From: Bacillota bacterium
Lineage (GTDB): Bacteria > Bacillota > UBA994
NCBI GenBank assembly: GCA_018725275.1
Contig: QLUC01000001.1
Span: 1 to 39,182 of the forward strand
DNA: 39,182 nt
Reading direction: 5' to 3'
Shown: one piece after another, positions 27,245 through 36,811 of the stretch
How the letters are laid out: every line of letters begins with the position of its first letter
How positions within the stretch are numbered: position 1 is the first letter of the stretch
Notes under the pieces: model-generated
The model's input: only the letters and a program-made list of their open reading frames with translations
Databases searched by the model: none
Told to the model about the DNA's origin: nothing
Program-made: the position numbers and the translations under genes

Positions 27245-27889
27245 ATGCGCTGCGTTGTCATCATTCCAGCTTTTAATGAAGAAAAGACCGTCGGTGCGGT
27301 AGTTGCCGCCGCCAAGCAATGTGCCTTGGTCGCGGAAGTGGTGGTAGTCAGCGATGGATCTAAGGATCGCACGGCCAAGGTGGCGGCCGCCGCAGGCGCG
27401 ACCGTGATCGCCCTCCCAGAAAATCGTGGCAAAGGCGGGGCTATGCAGGCAGGTTTTGCCTCGGTGCCGGGAGATATCTATCTCTTTCTTGATGGTGATC
27501 TCATTGGGTTAACCAAGGAGCATGTTGCGCTATTATTGGAACCAATCGTAGCCGGCCGGGTCGAAGTTACCTTGGGTCTTTTTGGCAAGGGACGTTTGGC
27601 GACCGATTTGGCGCAAAAAATCGCGCCATTCTTGTCCGGGCAACGCGCCTTATCAAGGCGCGTCTTATCGCAAGTGCCTGACTTTTCTACAGCCGGGTGG
27701 GGTGTGGAGGTAGTGGTCAACAGGCATTTGCAGGGCGCCGGGGTACCGGTAGCGGAGATTCTGCTCCATAACGTAACCCAAGTGATGAAGGAAGAGAAAA
27801 GCGGCTTGGTGCGAGGGGTTATGTCGCGCCTGCGCATGTACTGGCAAATTCTGCAAGCATTTGGGCGAAAAGGGCGGGCGATACCGTGA
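27245..27889 (+). CDS. Small GT-A fold glycosyltransferase (GT2; glucosyl-3-phosphoglycerate-synthase-like signature)
   Basis: 214 aa. N-terminus VVIIPAFNEEKTVG, then VVVVSDGSKDRT and a DxD-like LDGDL. GWGVEVVV resembles the GpgS/MpgS-type motif. The acceptor cannot be inferred from the sequence. Confidence 0.75.
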   Translation: MRCVVIIPAFNEEKTVGAVVAAAKQCALVAEVVVVSDGSKDRTAKVAAAAGATVIALPENRGKGGAMQAGFASVPGDIYLFLDGDLIGLTKEHVALLLEPIVAGRVEVTLGLFGKGRLATDLAQKIAPFLSGQRALSRRVLSQVPDFSTAGWGVEVVVNRHLQGAGVPVAEILLHNVTQVMKEEKSGLVRGVMSRLRMYWQILQAFGRKGRAIP

Positions 27890-28548
27890 TTACGGATCTA
27901 GACCTAGTCATTCGCCTAAGCGTCAGCTGCTTCCTCGGCGGGTTGATTGGACTCGAGCGTGAAGGCTTGAATCGGCCTGCCGGGTTTCGCACCCATGTCC
28001 TAGTGGCAGTAGGCTCCACCTTGATTATGCTAATTTCCATCTATGGTTTTCTGGGGGTGGACGGGCCACATGATCCCTCCCGTCTGGCTGCCCAAGTAGT
28101 GAGTGGCATTGGCTTCTTGGGGGCAGGTACAATCATGAAAGAAGGACTGAGCATTAAGGGGCTGACAACGGCCGCCTCCCTTTGGGTAGTGGCCGCCATT
28201 GGCCTGGCCTGTGGCGCTGGGTTCTATGTCGGCGCTGTGGCAACCACCCTGTTAGTCTATATTACCCTAGTTTTTTTTACTCGCATTGAACGGTATTACC
28301 TGCACCGCGCCAACTATGTGCGTTTGAACCTGCTCATGTCGGACCAGGCCGGGCAACTAGGTAGGATCGGTACGACGTTGGGCAGGAGGGGCGTCAGTGT
28401 GCGCAACATCTGCACTAGCCATGTCCACATTGAGGAAGGACGTGTGCAAGTCCAACTGGAGGTCAAACTCCCTAACACGGTGACCCTGCTCCAGGTCATC
28501 ACCGACTTGTTGGAAATACCCGGGATGTACAGCGTGGATGAGATCTAA
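27886..28548 (+). CDS. MgtC/SapB family membrane protein with C-terminal ACT-like domain
   Basis: GTG start with a GTGA overlap with the GT2 gene. The typical MgtC N-terminus is VIRLSVSCFLGGLIGLEREGLNRPAGFRTHVLV. Multiple TM helices are followed by a soluble C-terminal domain. Confidence 0.88.
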   Translation: MITDLDLVIRLSVSCFLGGLIGLEREGLNRPAGFRTHVLVAVGSTLIMLISIYGFLGVDGPHDPSRLAAQVVSGIGFLGAGTIMKEGLSIKGLTTAASLWVVAAIGLACGAGFYVGAVATTLLVYITLVFFTRIERYYLHRANYVRLNLLMSDQAGQLGRIGTTLGRRGVSVRNICTSHVHIEEGRVQVQLEVKLPNTVTLLQVITDLLEIPGMYSVDEI

Positions 28549-28560
28549 GGATCCCTATGC

Positions 28561-28590
28561 TTGCATCGTCGCTGCCTCGTGTGATATGAT
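28561..28590 (+). promoter_or_regulatory. Candidate sigma-A promoter of the rimP-nusA-infB operon
   Basis: -35 TTGCAT (28561-66), an 18-nt spacer, and -10 TATGAT (28585-90). It lies 13 nt after the MgtC-family stop and 70 nt before the rimP ATG. Confidence 0.5.
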
Positions 28591-28601
28591 GAGTGCGTAA
28601 G

Positions 28602-28628
28602 AGAGTGGGTCCATCCCACTCTTTCGTT
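28602..28628 (+). promoter_or_regulatory. Terminator-like hairpin in the rimP-nusA leader (candidate attenuator)
   Basis: AGAGTGGG (28602-09) pairs perfectly with CCCACTCT (28615-22) across a 5-nt loop, followed by an interrupted T-tract TTCGTTC. It sits between the candidate promoter and the rimP RBS (TAGGAGTG). Confidence 0.45.
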
Positions 28629-28660
28629 CATCAAGAAGTAGTTCGGTTAGGAGTGTATCT

Positions 28661-29125
28661 ATGCAACCCTCACTTGATCACATATTTGCGTTGTTCGTGC
28701 CCGTAGTGGAAGCCTTGGGCTTGTCATTAGTCGACGTGGAATGGCAGAGTGCACGGGGCGGAGCAAGATTGGCAGTCTATATAGCCAGGCTTGGGGGCTC
28801 GGTCAGCATTGCTGATTGTGAAGCCGTCACGCTTGCCTTAGGGCATGAGATGGAAGACACTCAAGTATTTCCCCAGTCCTACACCCTCGAAGTCTCCTCT
28901 CCAGGACTAGACCGAGTGCTCAAGCGGCCCCATGAATTCGACATCTTCCAGGGCAGAGGTGCCACCCTCTGGCTTTTCGAGCCATTTTGTGGTAAAATGG
29001 AGTGTGCAGGTATTTTGCAGGGCCGGCAGGGTGAACATGTGTTGGTGCACTTGACTTCCGGCGAAATAGTAACTCTACCGGCCGCGCTGATCAGAAAAAC
29101 CAAACTAGTTTTTGATATGAAATGA
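28661..29125 (+). CDS. rimP: Ribosome maturation factor RimP (YlxS)
   Basis: 154 aa with the YTLEVSSPGLDRVLK motif. It lies immediately upstream of nusA. Confidence 0.93.
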   Translation: MQPSLDHIFALFVPVVEALGLSLVDVEWQSARGGARLAVYIARLGGSVSIADCEAVTLALGHEMEDTQVFPQSYTLEVSSPGLDRVLKRPHEFDIFQGRGATLWLFEPFCGKMECAGILQGRQGEHVLVHLTSGEIVTLPAALIRKTKLVFDMK

Positions 29126-29138
29126 GGGAAGCCAGGCA

Positions 29139-30182
29139 ATGAGCAGTGAATTCATTGATGCCATAAATATACTCGCCAGAGAAAAGCGGCTAGACAAAGC
29201 AGTGCTATTTGAAGCCATAGAGACGGCACTGGTGTCGGCCTACAAAAAGAACTTTGGCGGGACTGGAAACGTCAGGGTTCACGTCGACCGGGACAGCGGT
29301 GAAATTCAAGTTTATGCTCTGAAGCGTGTGGTTCCTCAGGTGGTTGATGTTCTTGCCGAAATCTCCCAATCAGATGCTAAAGCGCTTAATCCGGCGTACC
29401 AAAGCGGAGATATCTGCGAGGAACGAGTTACTCCCAAGAACTTCGGCCGCGTCGCCGCCCAGACTGCCAAGCAGATCGTGGTGCAGCGTATTCGAGAGGC
29501 AGAGCGAGGTCTCATCTATGAGGAATTTACCAATCGCGAGAGTGACATAGTTTCGGGCATAGTACAAAGAGCGGATGCGCGCAACGTCATCATTGACTTA
29601 GGAAAGGTAGAGGCCGTGATGCCTCCATCCGAGAGGGTAGCCGGCGAAGTTTATCGCGCTGGACAACGCCTCAAAACATATGTCCTTGAAGTGCGCAAGA
29701 CCACCAAAGGACCCCAAGTTACGGTATCGCGTAGCCATCCTGGCTTGTTGAAGCGACTCCTTGAGCTAGAGGTAGAGGAAATCCATGATGGGATTGTCGA
29801 ATTGAAGTCGGTTGCTCGCGAGGCTGGTAGTCGCAGCAAGGTCGCAGTCAGCTCGCGCGACCCTAACGTCGACCCAGTGGGCGCCTGTGTCGGGCAAAAG
29901 GGCATGCGCATCCAGGTCATCGTCAACGAACTTAGCAATGAGAAAATCGATGTCATCGCCTACACCAGTGACCCTGCTCTGTATGTGGCCAATGCTTTAA
30001 GTCCGGCCAAGGTCATCCGTGTTGAGATTGATGAGATGGCCAAGGTTGCCAGGGTAGTAGTCCCTGATTATCAATTGTCCTTGGCCATCGGCAAAGAAGG
30101 ACAGAACGCACGGCTGGCAGCCAAGTTGACCGGCTGGAAAATCGACATTAAGAGTGAGAGTCAAGCTCTGCAACAGGGGTGA
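29139..30182 (+). CDS. nusA: Transcription termination/antitermination factor NusA
   Basis: 347 aa with the NTD, S1 domain ([23 protein letters not shown]) and two KH domains ([33 protein letters not shown]). It lacks C-terminal AR repeats, as is typical of Firmicutes. Confidence 0.96.
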   Translation: MSSEFIDAINILAREKRLDKAVLFEAIETALVSAYKKNFGGTGNVRVHVDRDSGEIQVYALKRVVPQVVDVLAEISQSDAKALNPAYQSGDICEERVTPKNFGRVAAQTAKQIVVQRIREAERGLIYEEFTNRESDIVSGIVQRADARNVIIDLGKVEAVMPPSERVAGEVYRAGQRLKTYVLEVRKTTKGPQVTVSRSHPGLLKRLLELEVEEIHDGIVELKSVAREAGSRSKVAVSSRDPNVDPVGACVGQKGMRIQVIVNELSNEKIDVIAYTSDPALYVANALSPAKVIRVEIDEMAKVARVVVPDYQLSLAIGKEGQNARLAAKLTGWKIDIKSESQALQQG

Positions 30183-30186
30183 CAAA

Positions 30187-30456
30187 ATGAAGAACAAGCA
30201 TGTTCCGGAACGCACTTGTGTGGGGTGTCGCCAAGCCAAACCCAAACGCGATTTGATCCGGGTGGTAAGAGATCCGCTCGGGCAGGTGGATATTGACTAC
30301 ACCGGCAAAAAAAATGGCCGCGGTATCTACCTGTGTCCAAATCTGTCGTGCCTAGAAGCGGCATTGAAGACAAATAGGATGGGTGTGGGGCTGCAAACAG
30401 AGATACCAGCGGAGGTCATCGCGCGTTTGCGGGAGAAAATGCAAGGTGCAGGATAA
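30187..30456 (+). CDS. ylxR: YlxR (DUF448) RNA-binding protein
   Basis: ATG 30187. 89 aa with RTCVGCR and GRGIYLC motifs. It shows the conserved nusA-ylxR-ylxQ-infB order. The ORF-track start at 30154 overlaps nusA. Confidence 0.9.
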   Translation: MKNKHVPERTCVGCRQAKPKRDLIRVVRDPLGQVDIDYTGKKNGRGIYLCPNLSCLEAALKTNRMGVGLQTEIPAEVIARLREKMQGAG

Positions 30457-30775
30457 ATTTTTACAGCTTTTAGGGCTGGCGCAACGCGCAGGCGCAGTTA
30501 CCAGTGGTACCATGGCTTGCCTCCGGGCTCTCCACAAGGGAAAAGTGAAATTGCTCATAGTTGCCGTGGACACTGAGCTGAAAGTAGCCGCGGAGTATCG
30601 TCAAGTAGCAGAAAAAAACTCTATCCCGCTAGTTACCATCTCCTCGCAGGCTGAATTGGGTAATGCCATCGGCAAGAGCAGGCGAGCTGCAGTGGTCATA
30701 GCCGATCCAAATTTCGGCCGCCGTTTATGGGAATTGAGCCTGAACAATGGAGGTGGACCTAGTTGTCCAAAATAA
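30446..30775 (+). CDS. ylxQ: L7Ae-family RNA-binding protein YlxQ
   Basis: GTG 30446 gives MQDKFLQLLGLAQRAGAVTSG, a typical YlxQ/L7Ae N-terminus. About 109 aa. It overlaps the ylxR end and the infB start. Confidence 0.85.
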   Translation: MQDKFLQLLGLAQRAGAVTSGTMACLRALHKGKVKLLIVAVDTELKVAAEYRQVAEKNSIPLVTISSQAELGNAIGKSRRAAVVIADPNFGRRLWELSLNNGGGPSCPK

Positions 30776-32967
30776 GAATATTCGAACTAGCTGAAGAATT
30801 ACAATTGCCGGCAGAGACCTTAGTAGAGGCTCTCCGTGAGCTCAAACTTAACATTTCTAATCCGATGAGCATGGTCGACACACAAGTTGCCGATGTCATC
30901 CGGGAAGTCATCACGAAGCAGCGCAAGAAGCGTCCATTAGTGGTGAAGGCTGCCGCAGAGGAGAAGGTCGCGCCGGTAGTGGTGGTAGAAGCGCAGCCAA
31001 TTCCTGATCTTCCGCTGCCTCCCGTGCCAATGCCTTCGCGCCACGGTGAAGCCAAGGCCACTCCCGTTTCGCAATCACCAAAGAAAGCTGCCGATAAGCC
31101 ACGAGATAAGCGACATGCTGAGCCCGCGGCAAATATCGTCAACCGCAAAATGGCGCCCCAGGGGCGCAGACCACAGCATGGTGGCGGCCATGGCTCGCCC
31201 ACTCCTAGCGCTTCACCCATAGGGGTGGTTCATATTGAAAACCCCGTCACCGTCGGCGAGTTTGCTAAATTATCTGGGCGTTCGGTGGGCGATATCATCA
31301 CTAAATTGATGCATCTTGGGTTTATGGCCACTATTAACCAGCATCTTGATTTTGACACCCTCGGTATTTTGGCCTCCGAAATAAATCTCAAGCTCGAAAT
31401 TAAACTTCCTCCAGTTTCGCAAGATGTCGTTGACGAAGATAAAGACCTACCTGAGAGCATGCGGCGACGCTACCCGGTAGTGACAGTCATGGGTCATGTC
31501 GATCATGGCAAGACATCTCTTTTAGATTGCATTCGTCGCTCCCATGTTACCGCATCCGAGGCCGGTGGCATTACCCAGCATATCGGCGCTTATCAGGTTG
31601 ACTTGGGCGATGATAAAATTGTATTTTTGGATACCCCAGGCCACGAGGCCTTTACCCAGATGCGTGCCCGCGGGGCAAAAGTTACCGACATTGCTATCTT
31701 GGTTGTGGCCGCTGATGATGGCGTCATGCCGCAAACGATAGAAGCGTTAAATCATGCCAAGGCCGCCAATGTGCCCATCATTGTGGCCGTTAATAAGATG
31801 GATAAGCCAAGTGCCGATCCGGGGCGCATTAAGCAGCAGCTCACCGAGTACGGCATTGTCACCGAAGAATGGGGCGGGGACACTATTTTTGTTGGCGTAT
31901 CCGCATTAAAGCGCCAGGGTATCGATGATCTTTTGGCTGCTGTCCTCACTGTAGCCGAGGTCTTGGAGCTTAAGGCGAACCCAGACAGGTCTGCTAGAGG
32001 AATCGTCATTGAGGCGCATATCGATAAAGGGAAGGGTCCCATCGCCACTTTGCTCATCCAAAAGGGAACCTTGAATGTAGGCGATGCCGTAGTGGCGGGT
32101 TCTGCCTATGGCCGCGTTCGTGCTATGGTCAACGACAAGGGCAAGCGCTTGAAAAAGGCCGGTCCATCGACCCCACTTGAGCTCCATGGTCTTTCCATGG
32201 CCCCCCAGGCCGGCGATGAGTTCGTTGTGGTGAAAGATGATAAGGTGGCTCGCCTTATGGCTGAAAAGGCGGCCGAGATGCGCAGAATAGAAATGCAGCG
32301 ACCGGTGCAGAAGGTCAGCCTCGATGACTTTTTCAAGCAAGTTCAGGCCGGCCAAATGAAGAACTTAAACTTGATTATCAAGGGCGATGTGCAAGGGTCG
32401 GTGGAGGCACTCAAACCTGCCGTAGAAAAACTGAACAATCGCGAAGTAGAAGTTAAGGTCATCCATGTCGGAGTCGGTCCAGTCAATGAGAGCGACATTT
32501 TGCTCGCTAAGGCTTCTAATGCCATCATCATCGGTTTTAACGTGCGCGCCGAGGCCAATGCCCGTAAGGCAGCTGAGCAGGAGCAAGTGGACGTTAGGTT
32601 CTACCGCATAATTTACGAAGTGCTAGACGATATTACGGCCGCACTCAAAGGTATGCTGGCGCCTGTTTTCAAGGAAAATGTCATTGGGCAGGCAGAGGTG
32701 CGGGTCGTATTTCGTGTTACCGGGTCTGGCGTGATTGCCGGCTCTATGGTTACCGAGGGAAAGATTACGCGTCAAGCAGGTGTAAGACTCTTGCGGGGCG
32801 GAATCATAATCTACGAGGGCAAAATAGGATCGCTAAAGCGGTTTAAGGATGACGCTAGAGAAGTGGCGTCAGGGTATGAGTGCGGGATCGGTCTAGATAA
32901 CTACGACGATGTCAAAGAAGGCGACATCATCGAGGCCTTTGTCAGAGAACAAGTTTTGACACCATGA
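30763..32967 (+). CDS. infB: Translation initiation factor IF-2
   Basis: TTG start with RBS GGAGGTGG at 30749-30756. 734 aa with a low-complexity Pro/Ala/Lys N-region. G-domain motifs are [20 protein letters not shown] and NKMD. Confidence 0.97.
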   Translation: MSKIRIFELAEELQLPAETLVEALRELKLNISNPMSMVDTQVADVIREVITKQRKKRPLVVKAAAEEKVAPVVVVEAQPIPDLPLPPVPMPSRHGEAKATPVSQSPKKAADKPRDKRHAEPAANIVNRKMAPQGRRPQHGGGHGSPTPSASPIGVVHIENPVTVGEFAKLSGRSVGDIITKLMHLGFMATINQHLDFDTLGILASEINLKLEIKLPPVSQDVVDEDKDLPESMRRRYPVVTVMGHVDHGKTSLLDCIRRSHVTASEAGGITQHIGAYQVDLGDDKIVFLDTPGHEAFTQMRARGAKVTDIAILVVAADDGVMPQTIEALNHAKAANVPIIVAVNKMDKPSADPGRIKQQLTEYGIVTEEWGGDTIFVGVSALKRQGIDDLLAAVLTVAEVLELKANPDRSARGIVIEAHIDKGKGPIATLLIQKGTLNVGDAVVAGSAYGRVRAMVNDKGKRLKKAGPSTPLELHGLSMAPQAGDEFVVVKDDKVARLMAEKAAEMRRIEMQRPVQKVSLDDFFKQVQAGQMKNLNLIIKGDVQGSVEALKPAVEKLNNREVEVKVIHVGVGPVNESDILLAKASNAIIIGFNVRAEANARKAAEQEQVDVRFYRIIYEVLDDITAALKGMLAPVFKENVIGQAEVRVVFRVTGSGVIAGSMVTEGKITRQAGVRLLRGGIIIYEGKIGSLKRFKDDAREVASGYECGIGLDNYDDVKEGDIIEAFVREQVLTP

Positions 32968-33254
32968 CGCACCGCCTCGGGGTATTGTCATTGGAATTGC
33001 ATTTTCCCGCGGCGCATTCGCTTAAAGAAAAACGATCGATTTTGAAGTCGCTACTGGCGAAAATCCGCGCCACCTTCAATGTCTCGGTGGCCGAGGTCGG
33101 ACACCAAGAGGTTTGGCAGAGAACACGCCTTGTTGTAGCTGTTGTGTCAGGCAATGGTGTCGAGGTGCAGAAGACCTTTGCGGCCATCACTGGCTTTGTC
33201 GAAGGAGCTCTGCATGAGGGCATTATTCTTGAGGCGACAGAAGAGATATTCTAA
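32964..33254 (+). CDS. ylxP: DUF503 protein YlxP
   Basis: 96 aa with an ATGA overlap with infB. The sequence GVLSLELHFPAAHSLKEKRSILKSLL is typical of DUF503. It holds the conserved position between infB and rbfA. Confidence 0.88.
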   Translation: MTHRLGVLSLELHFPAAHSLKEKRSILKSLLAKIRATFNVSVAEVGHQEVWQRTRLVVAVVSGNGVEVQKTFAAITGFVEGALHEGIILEATEEIF

Positions 33255-33279
33255 CGCTGTGGATGAGGGGGAACGAGAG

Positions 33280-33627
33280 ATGCCGCAGTTTCGCACTGAA
33301 CGCATCAAAGGACAATTGAAAGAAGAGCTTAGCGACATATTGAGGTTGCTTAAGGACCCGCGCCTTGGTTTTGCTACCATTACCAGTGTGGAACTTTCTG
33401 GTGATCACCGCCATGTCAAGGCCTTCGTCTCGGTTTTCGGCACCGATGAGGAAAAGAAGGATACTCTCAAGGCGCTGGAAAGCGCCACTGGTTTTATCCG
33501 TACCGAAGTCGGCAAGCGCATCAAGATGCGCCACACACCAGAAGTCATCTTTAGGATCGATGAATCTATCGAGCATGGTGCTCACATCAACAAGTTGCTT
33601 AAGGACATTGAGCGTGACAACAAGTAA
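33280..33627 (+). CDS. rbfA: Ribosome-binding factor A
   Basis: ATG 33280 with a GAGGGGGA RBS. 115 aa with RTERIKGQLKEELSDIL and the KH-like core ITSVELSGDHRHVKAFVSV. The ORF-track start at 33142 overlaps ylxP. Confidence 0.94.
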   Translation: MPQFRTERIKGQLKEELSDILRLLKDPRLGFATITSVELSGDHRHVKAFVSVFGTDEEKKDTLKALESATGFIRTEVGKRIKMRHTPEVIFRIDESIEHGAHINKLLKDIERDNK

Positions 33628-34594
33628 CTCTTCGCTGGTTGAAGTTGTCTCCTTACTCAAGGCGGCTACCAAGGTGCTACTCATCGGACATGTTGCTCCC
33701 GATGGTGATTCACTAGGGTCCTCTATCGCCCTTTGTCGCCTCCTCCGGCAGGCGGGCAAGGAGGCGTACGTGGGTTGTCTTGACCGCATCCCACCGCGCT
33801 ATGAATTCTTGCTCAAATTTTCGCCCGTAATAACCGTAGCCGAAGACCTTCCCCCGGACGTTGATTTTGTGGTGGTACTTGACTGTGGCGACCTCCCCCG
33901 GACAGGTTTGCCTCTAGCGTATACGGCGCGACAAAAATTCATCAATATTGACCACCATACCTCGAACACCGGCGCCTTAGGGCATGCTTGGGTCGATAGT
34001 ACCGCCAGCGCCGTAGGGCAGCAAGTGTTGCGCCTACTTGATGCTGCGGACTGGCCGCTTGATAAAGATACCGCCACCTGCCTTTACACTTCACTGGCCA
34101 CTGATTCAGGCTTCTTTCGCCATGGCAATACGACCCCAACCCTCTTGCGGGAAGCCGCCCGCCTTCTCGAATGCGGAGCAGATGCCCGCCTCGTCGTTGA
34201 GCATGCCTTCGAGCGAAAAAGTCTTGGGGAACTCTGCCTGATTCAGCGCGCGCTGGGCACCTTATCCTTACATGATAACAATCAGATTGCCTTGCTTGAG
34301 GTTTCTTTAGTAGATGCACAGGACTGTGGTGTGCAGGCGGATGAAGTTGACGAGATGGTTGATTTTGCCCGGGCCATTCCCGACACCGCTGTAGCAGTCT
34401 TGCTCAAGGAGATGGCTCCCTCGGTGACGAAAGTTAGTCTGCGCTCTAAGGGAATGCTTGACGTGAGTAAAATTGCCGAGCATTTTGGCGGCGGAGGTCA
34501 TCGAGCAGCGGCCGGAGCCACAATGCCTTTGAGCATTGACGCGGCTCGTCACGAAATCATACGGCGACTGGCAGAGGTGCTTAATAATGCCTGA
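33614..34594 (+). CDS. nrnA: DHH/DHHA1 phosphoesterase NrnA (oligoribonuclease / pAp phosphatase)
   Basis: It has DHH motifs HVAPDGDSLGS, LDCGD and NIDHHTSN, plus the DHHA1 motif GGGGHRAAAG. GTG 33614 or TTG 33608 gives about 326 aa. The ORF-track start at 33365 runs through rbfA in another frame. Confidence 0.9.
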   Translation: MTTSNSSLVEVVSLLKAATKVLLIGHVAPDGDSLGSSIALCRLLRQAGKEAYVGCLDRIPPRYEFLLKFSPVITVAEDLPPDVDFVVVLDCGDLPRTGLPLAYTARQKFINIDHHTSNTGALGHAWVDSTASAVGQQVLRLLDAADWPLDKDTATCLYTSLATDSGFFRHGNTTPTLLREAARLLECGADARLVVEHAFERKSLGELCLIQRALGTLSLHDNNQIALLEVSLVDAQDCGVQADEVDEMVDFARAIPDTAVAVLLKEMAPSVTKVSLRSKGMLDVSKIAEHFGGGGHRAAAGATMPLSIDAARHEIIRRLAEVLNNA

Positions 34595-35474
34595 CGGTTT
34601 CATAAATCTATACAAGGAGCCGGGCCCGACTTCTCATGCGGCCGTAAATCAAGTGCGCCGCTTGCTTGGCATGCGCGCAGTTGGGCATATGGGCACCCTT
34701 GATCCGGCAGCAGAAGGGGTTTTACCACTTGCGGTCGGCCGGGCCACCCGCCTGATCCCCTTAGTCGAAGGCACTGTGAAAGTCTATCGCGCCGAGTTAG
34801 TGCTTGGACTCGCCACCGATACCGATGACACTTCAGGGACGGCTGTGGCTGCCGCCGATGCGAGTGTGGTCGACCGCGAAATGGTCTCTCTTTGCCTGCC
34901 AAGTTTCTTAGGGCAACAAGTTCAACTGCCGCCCATGTTTTCTGCAGTCAAAGTTGCCGGCAAGAAACTATATGAGTTAGCGAGGCGGGGGCAAGTTGCA
35001 GAGATTCCGCCGCGTGAGATTACCGTGTCCAGCCTTATGCTCACGGATTGGCGACGGGAGGGACATTTGGCGATTGCTACTATAGAGGTTGAGTGTTTGA
35101 AAGGTACGTATATCCGGGCCCTCTGCCGAGACATCGGACAAAAGTTAGGGCTGCCCGCCTGTATGGGTAACTTGTTAAGGCGGCAAAGCGGACCATTCAT
35201 GGAGAAACACAGTGTCAAGATGGACACACTGGCTGTTGACCCTTTGTTGTACCTAGTGACCATAAATACCATGCTGGCTGACAAGCCACGCATCACCCTT
35301 CCTTTGAGCGATGCGAAGAGATTCTTACAGGGGCAACGAATACGGGTTAACCATGGTGAGGAAGACGAGTGCCCGGTCTTTTGTGGGGAGTTGTTTCTGG
35401 GCTTAGGTCAGGTTGGGGCCGGAATTTTGTCTCCCACCAAGGTCATGATGCAGGAGGTAGAGCTGCCTTGTTAA
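34587..35474 (+). CDS. truB: tRNA pseudouridine-55 synthase
   Basis: ATG 34587. The N-terminus is GFINLYKEPGPTSH, with the catalytic Asp context GHMGTLDPAAEGVLPL and the motif PPMFSAVKVAGKKLYELAR. Confidence 0.95.
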   Translation: MPDGFINLYKEPGPTSHAAVNQVRRLLGMRAVGHMGTLDPAAEGVLPLAVGRATRLIPLVEGTVKVYRAELVLGLATDTDDTSGTAVAAADASVVDREMVSLCLPSFLGQQVQLPPMFSAVKVAGKKLYELARRGQVAEIPPREITVSSLMLTDWRREGHLAIATIEVECLKGTYIRALCRDIGQKLGLPACMGNLLRRQSGPFMEKHSVKMDTLAVDPLLYLVTINTMLADKPRITLPLSDAKRFLQGQRIRVNHGEEDECPVFCGELFLGLGQVGAGILSPTKVMMQEVELPC

Positions 35475-36388
35475 CATCAGCAATAGAAGAGGGCACTAAG
35501 GTTGGAGCTGTCTGTCTTGGAACTTTTGACGGTGTTCACCTCGGTCACCAGGCAATAATGCATAAAACTTGCGAAATCGCGTCAGAGAAGGGCGCTTTGG
35601 CTGCAGTGTTTACTTTTTACCCTCACCCTGGGCATACCCTAGGGAAACAGCCGGTGCAAACCATCACCACCCGCAAGCAGCGCGCTCGTTTATTCGCGGC
35701 CTCAGGTATTGACCTCTTGGTTGAACACCCTTTTACGACGGAGTTTTCCTCCCTCGATCCGGAGAGTTTTGTGCGCGATGTGCTTTGGTCCCAATTTAAG
35801 GATGCGACACTGGTCGCTGGTTTTAACTACACCTTTGGCTATCGAGCACAAGGCAATGTTGAGACTTTACGATCTTTGGGGCAGCATTACGGCTTTGCCG
35901 TTCTGGAAGTGCCTCCGGTCCTCATCGGTGGTGAAGTGGTCAGCAGCACGCGGTTGCGACGCGAAATCTCACTGGGGAACTTAAAAGAAGTGAGCCAGTG
36001 TTTGGGACGGGACTTTTCCCTGCAAGGCAGTGTGGTGGCTGGCGATGGCCGAGGACGTAAACTAGGATTCCCCACAGCTAACCTGCACTTCACCCCCGAG
36101 CAGATGATTCCTCCGAGTGGCGTGTATGTTGTGTATGCTGAGGAATATGGCTATGGGGTCGGCAATTTAGGGCGACGCCCGACATTCCCCCAAGCAGATA
36201 TAACCTTCGAAGTGCATTTTTTCTCCCCCACCGGCACTTTGTATGGTCACGAGATCGAGATTGCGGTGCTAAGTTTTTTACGCCCGGAGAGGAAATTTCC
36301 TGACCCCACCGCCCTGCGCCTGCAGGTAAGTGAGGACATTGCCCGAGCTACTAGGTACAGCCTTGCGCATGCCGCTGTGAAGTGCTAG
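35468..36388 (+). CDS. ribF: Bifunctional riboflavin kinase / FAD synthetase
   Basis: TTG 35468 with AGGAGG at 35452-35457. FMN adenylyltransferase motif GTFDGVHLGHQ, and a C-terminal riboflavin kinase domain (GRKLGFPTANL, PTFP). About 306 aa. Confidence 0.93.
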   Translation: MLTSAIEEGTKVGAVCLGTFDGVHLGHQAIMHKTCEIASEKGALAAVFTFYPHPGHTLGKQPVQTITTRKQRARLFAASGIDLLVEHPFTTEFSSLDPESFVRDVLWSQFKDATLVAGFNYTFGYRAQGNVETLRSLGQHYGFAVLEVPPVLIGGEVVSSTRLRREISLGNLKEVSQCLGRDFSLQGSVVAGDGRGRKLGFPTANLHFTPEQMIPPSGVYVVYAEEYGYGVGNLGRRPTFPQADITFEVHFFSPTGTLYGHEIEIAVLSFLRPERKFPDPTALRLQVSEDIARATRYSLAHAAVKC

Positions 36389-36474
36389 AATTAACCGTAA
36401 CCTTTGGCTGGGTTTTTCCGACTCCTCCGCCGGATTACATGGCCATTGGATAGTAATATGAGGAGGTGAGCATT

Positions 36475-36741
36475 ATGAGCATCAGCCAAGACCAAAAGCG
36501 AACCATCATCGACAAGTTTCGCACTCATGAGACCGATACCGGATCCGCCGAGGTACAGATTGCGATTTTGACCAACCGCATCACTGAGTTGACTAATCAT
36601 CTGAAACTGCATTCGAAGGATCACCATTCACGGCGTGGTTTGTACAAAATGGTCGGACAGCGTCGTCGCTTGCTGAACTATCTACAGAGCAAGGATGTTG
36701 AACGTTTCCGCGCTATTAAGGAGCAACTTGGAATACGCTAA
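36475..36741 (+). CDS. rpsO: 30S ribosomal protein S15
   Basis: ATG 36475 lies 8 nt after AGGAGG (36461-66). 88 aa with [40 protein letters not shown]. Confidence 0.97.
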   Translation: MSISQDQKRTIIDKFRTHETDTGSAEVQIAILTNRITELTNHLKLHSKDHHSRRGLYKMVGQRRRLLNYLQSKDVERFRAIKEQLGIR

Positions 36742-36746
36742 TGAGC

Positions 36747-36773
36747 AAAGCGGGATCTCCCGCTTTTCTTTTT
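36747..36773 (+). terminator. Hairpin plus T-tract between rpsO and pnp
   Basis: AAAGCGGG (36747-54) pairs with CCCGCTTT (36759-66) across the loop ATCT, followed by TCTTTTT. It starts 6 nt after the rpsO stop. Confidence 0.75.
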
Positions 36774-36811
36774 ACGTTGTCTTGGCATACTAAAGCTTGA
36801 GGAGGTAGAGC

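Noticed and set aside
33142-33613. Upstream extensions of the rbfA (from 33142) and nrnA (from 33365) ORFs
   Set aside because: The extensions run through ylxP and rbfA respectively in other frames. The canonical N-termini begin at ATG 33280 (rbfA) and GTG 33614 (nrnA).
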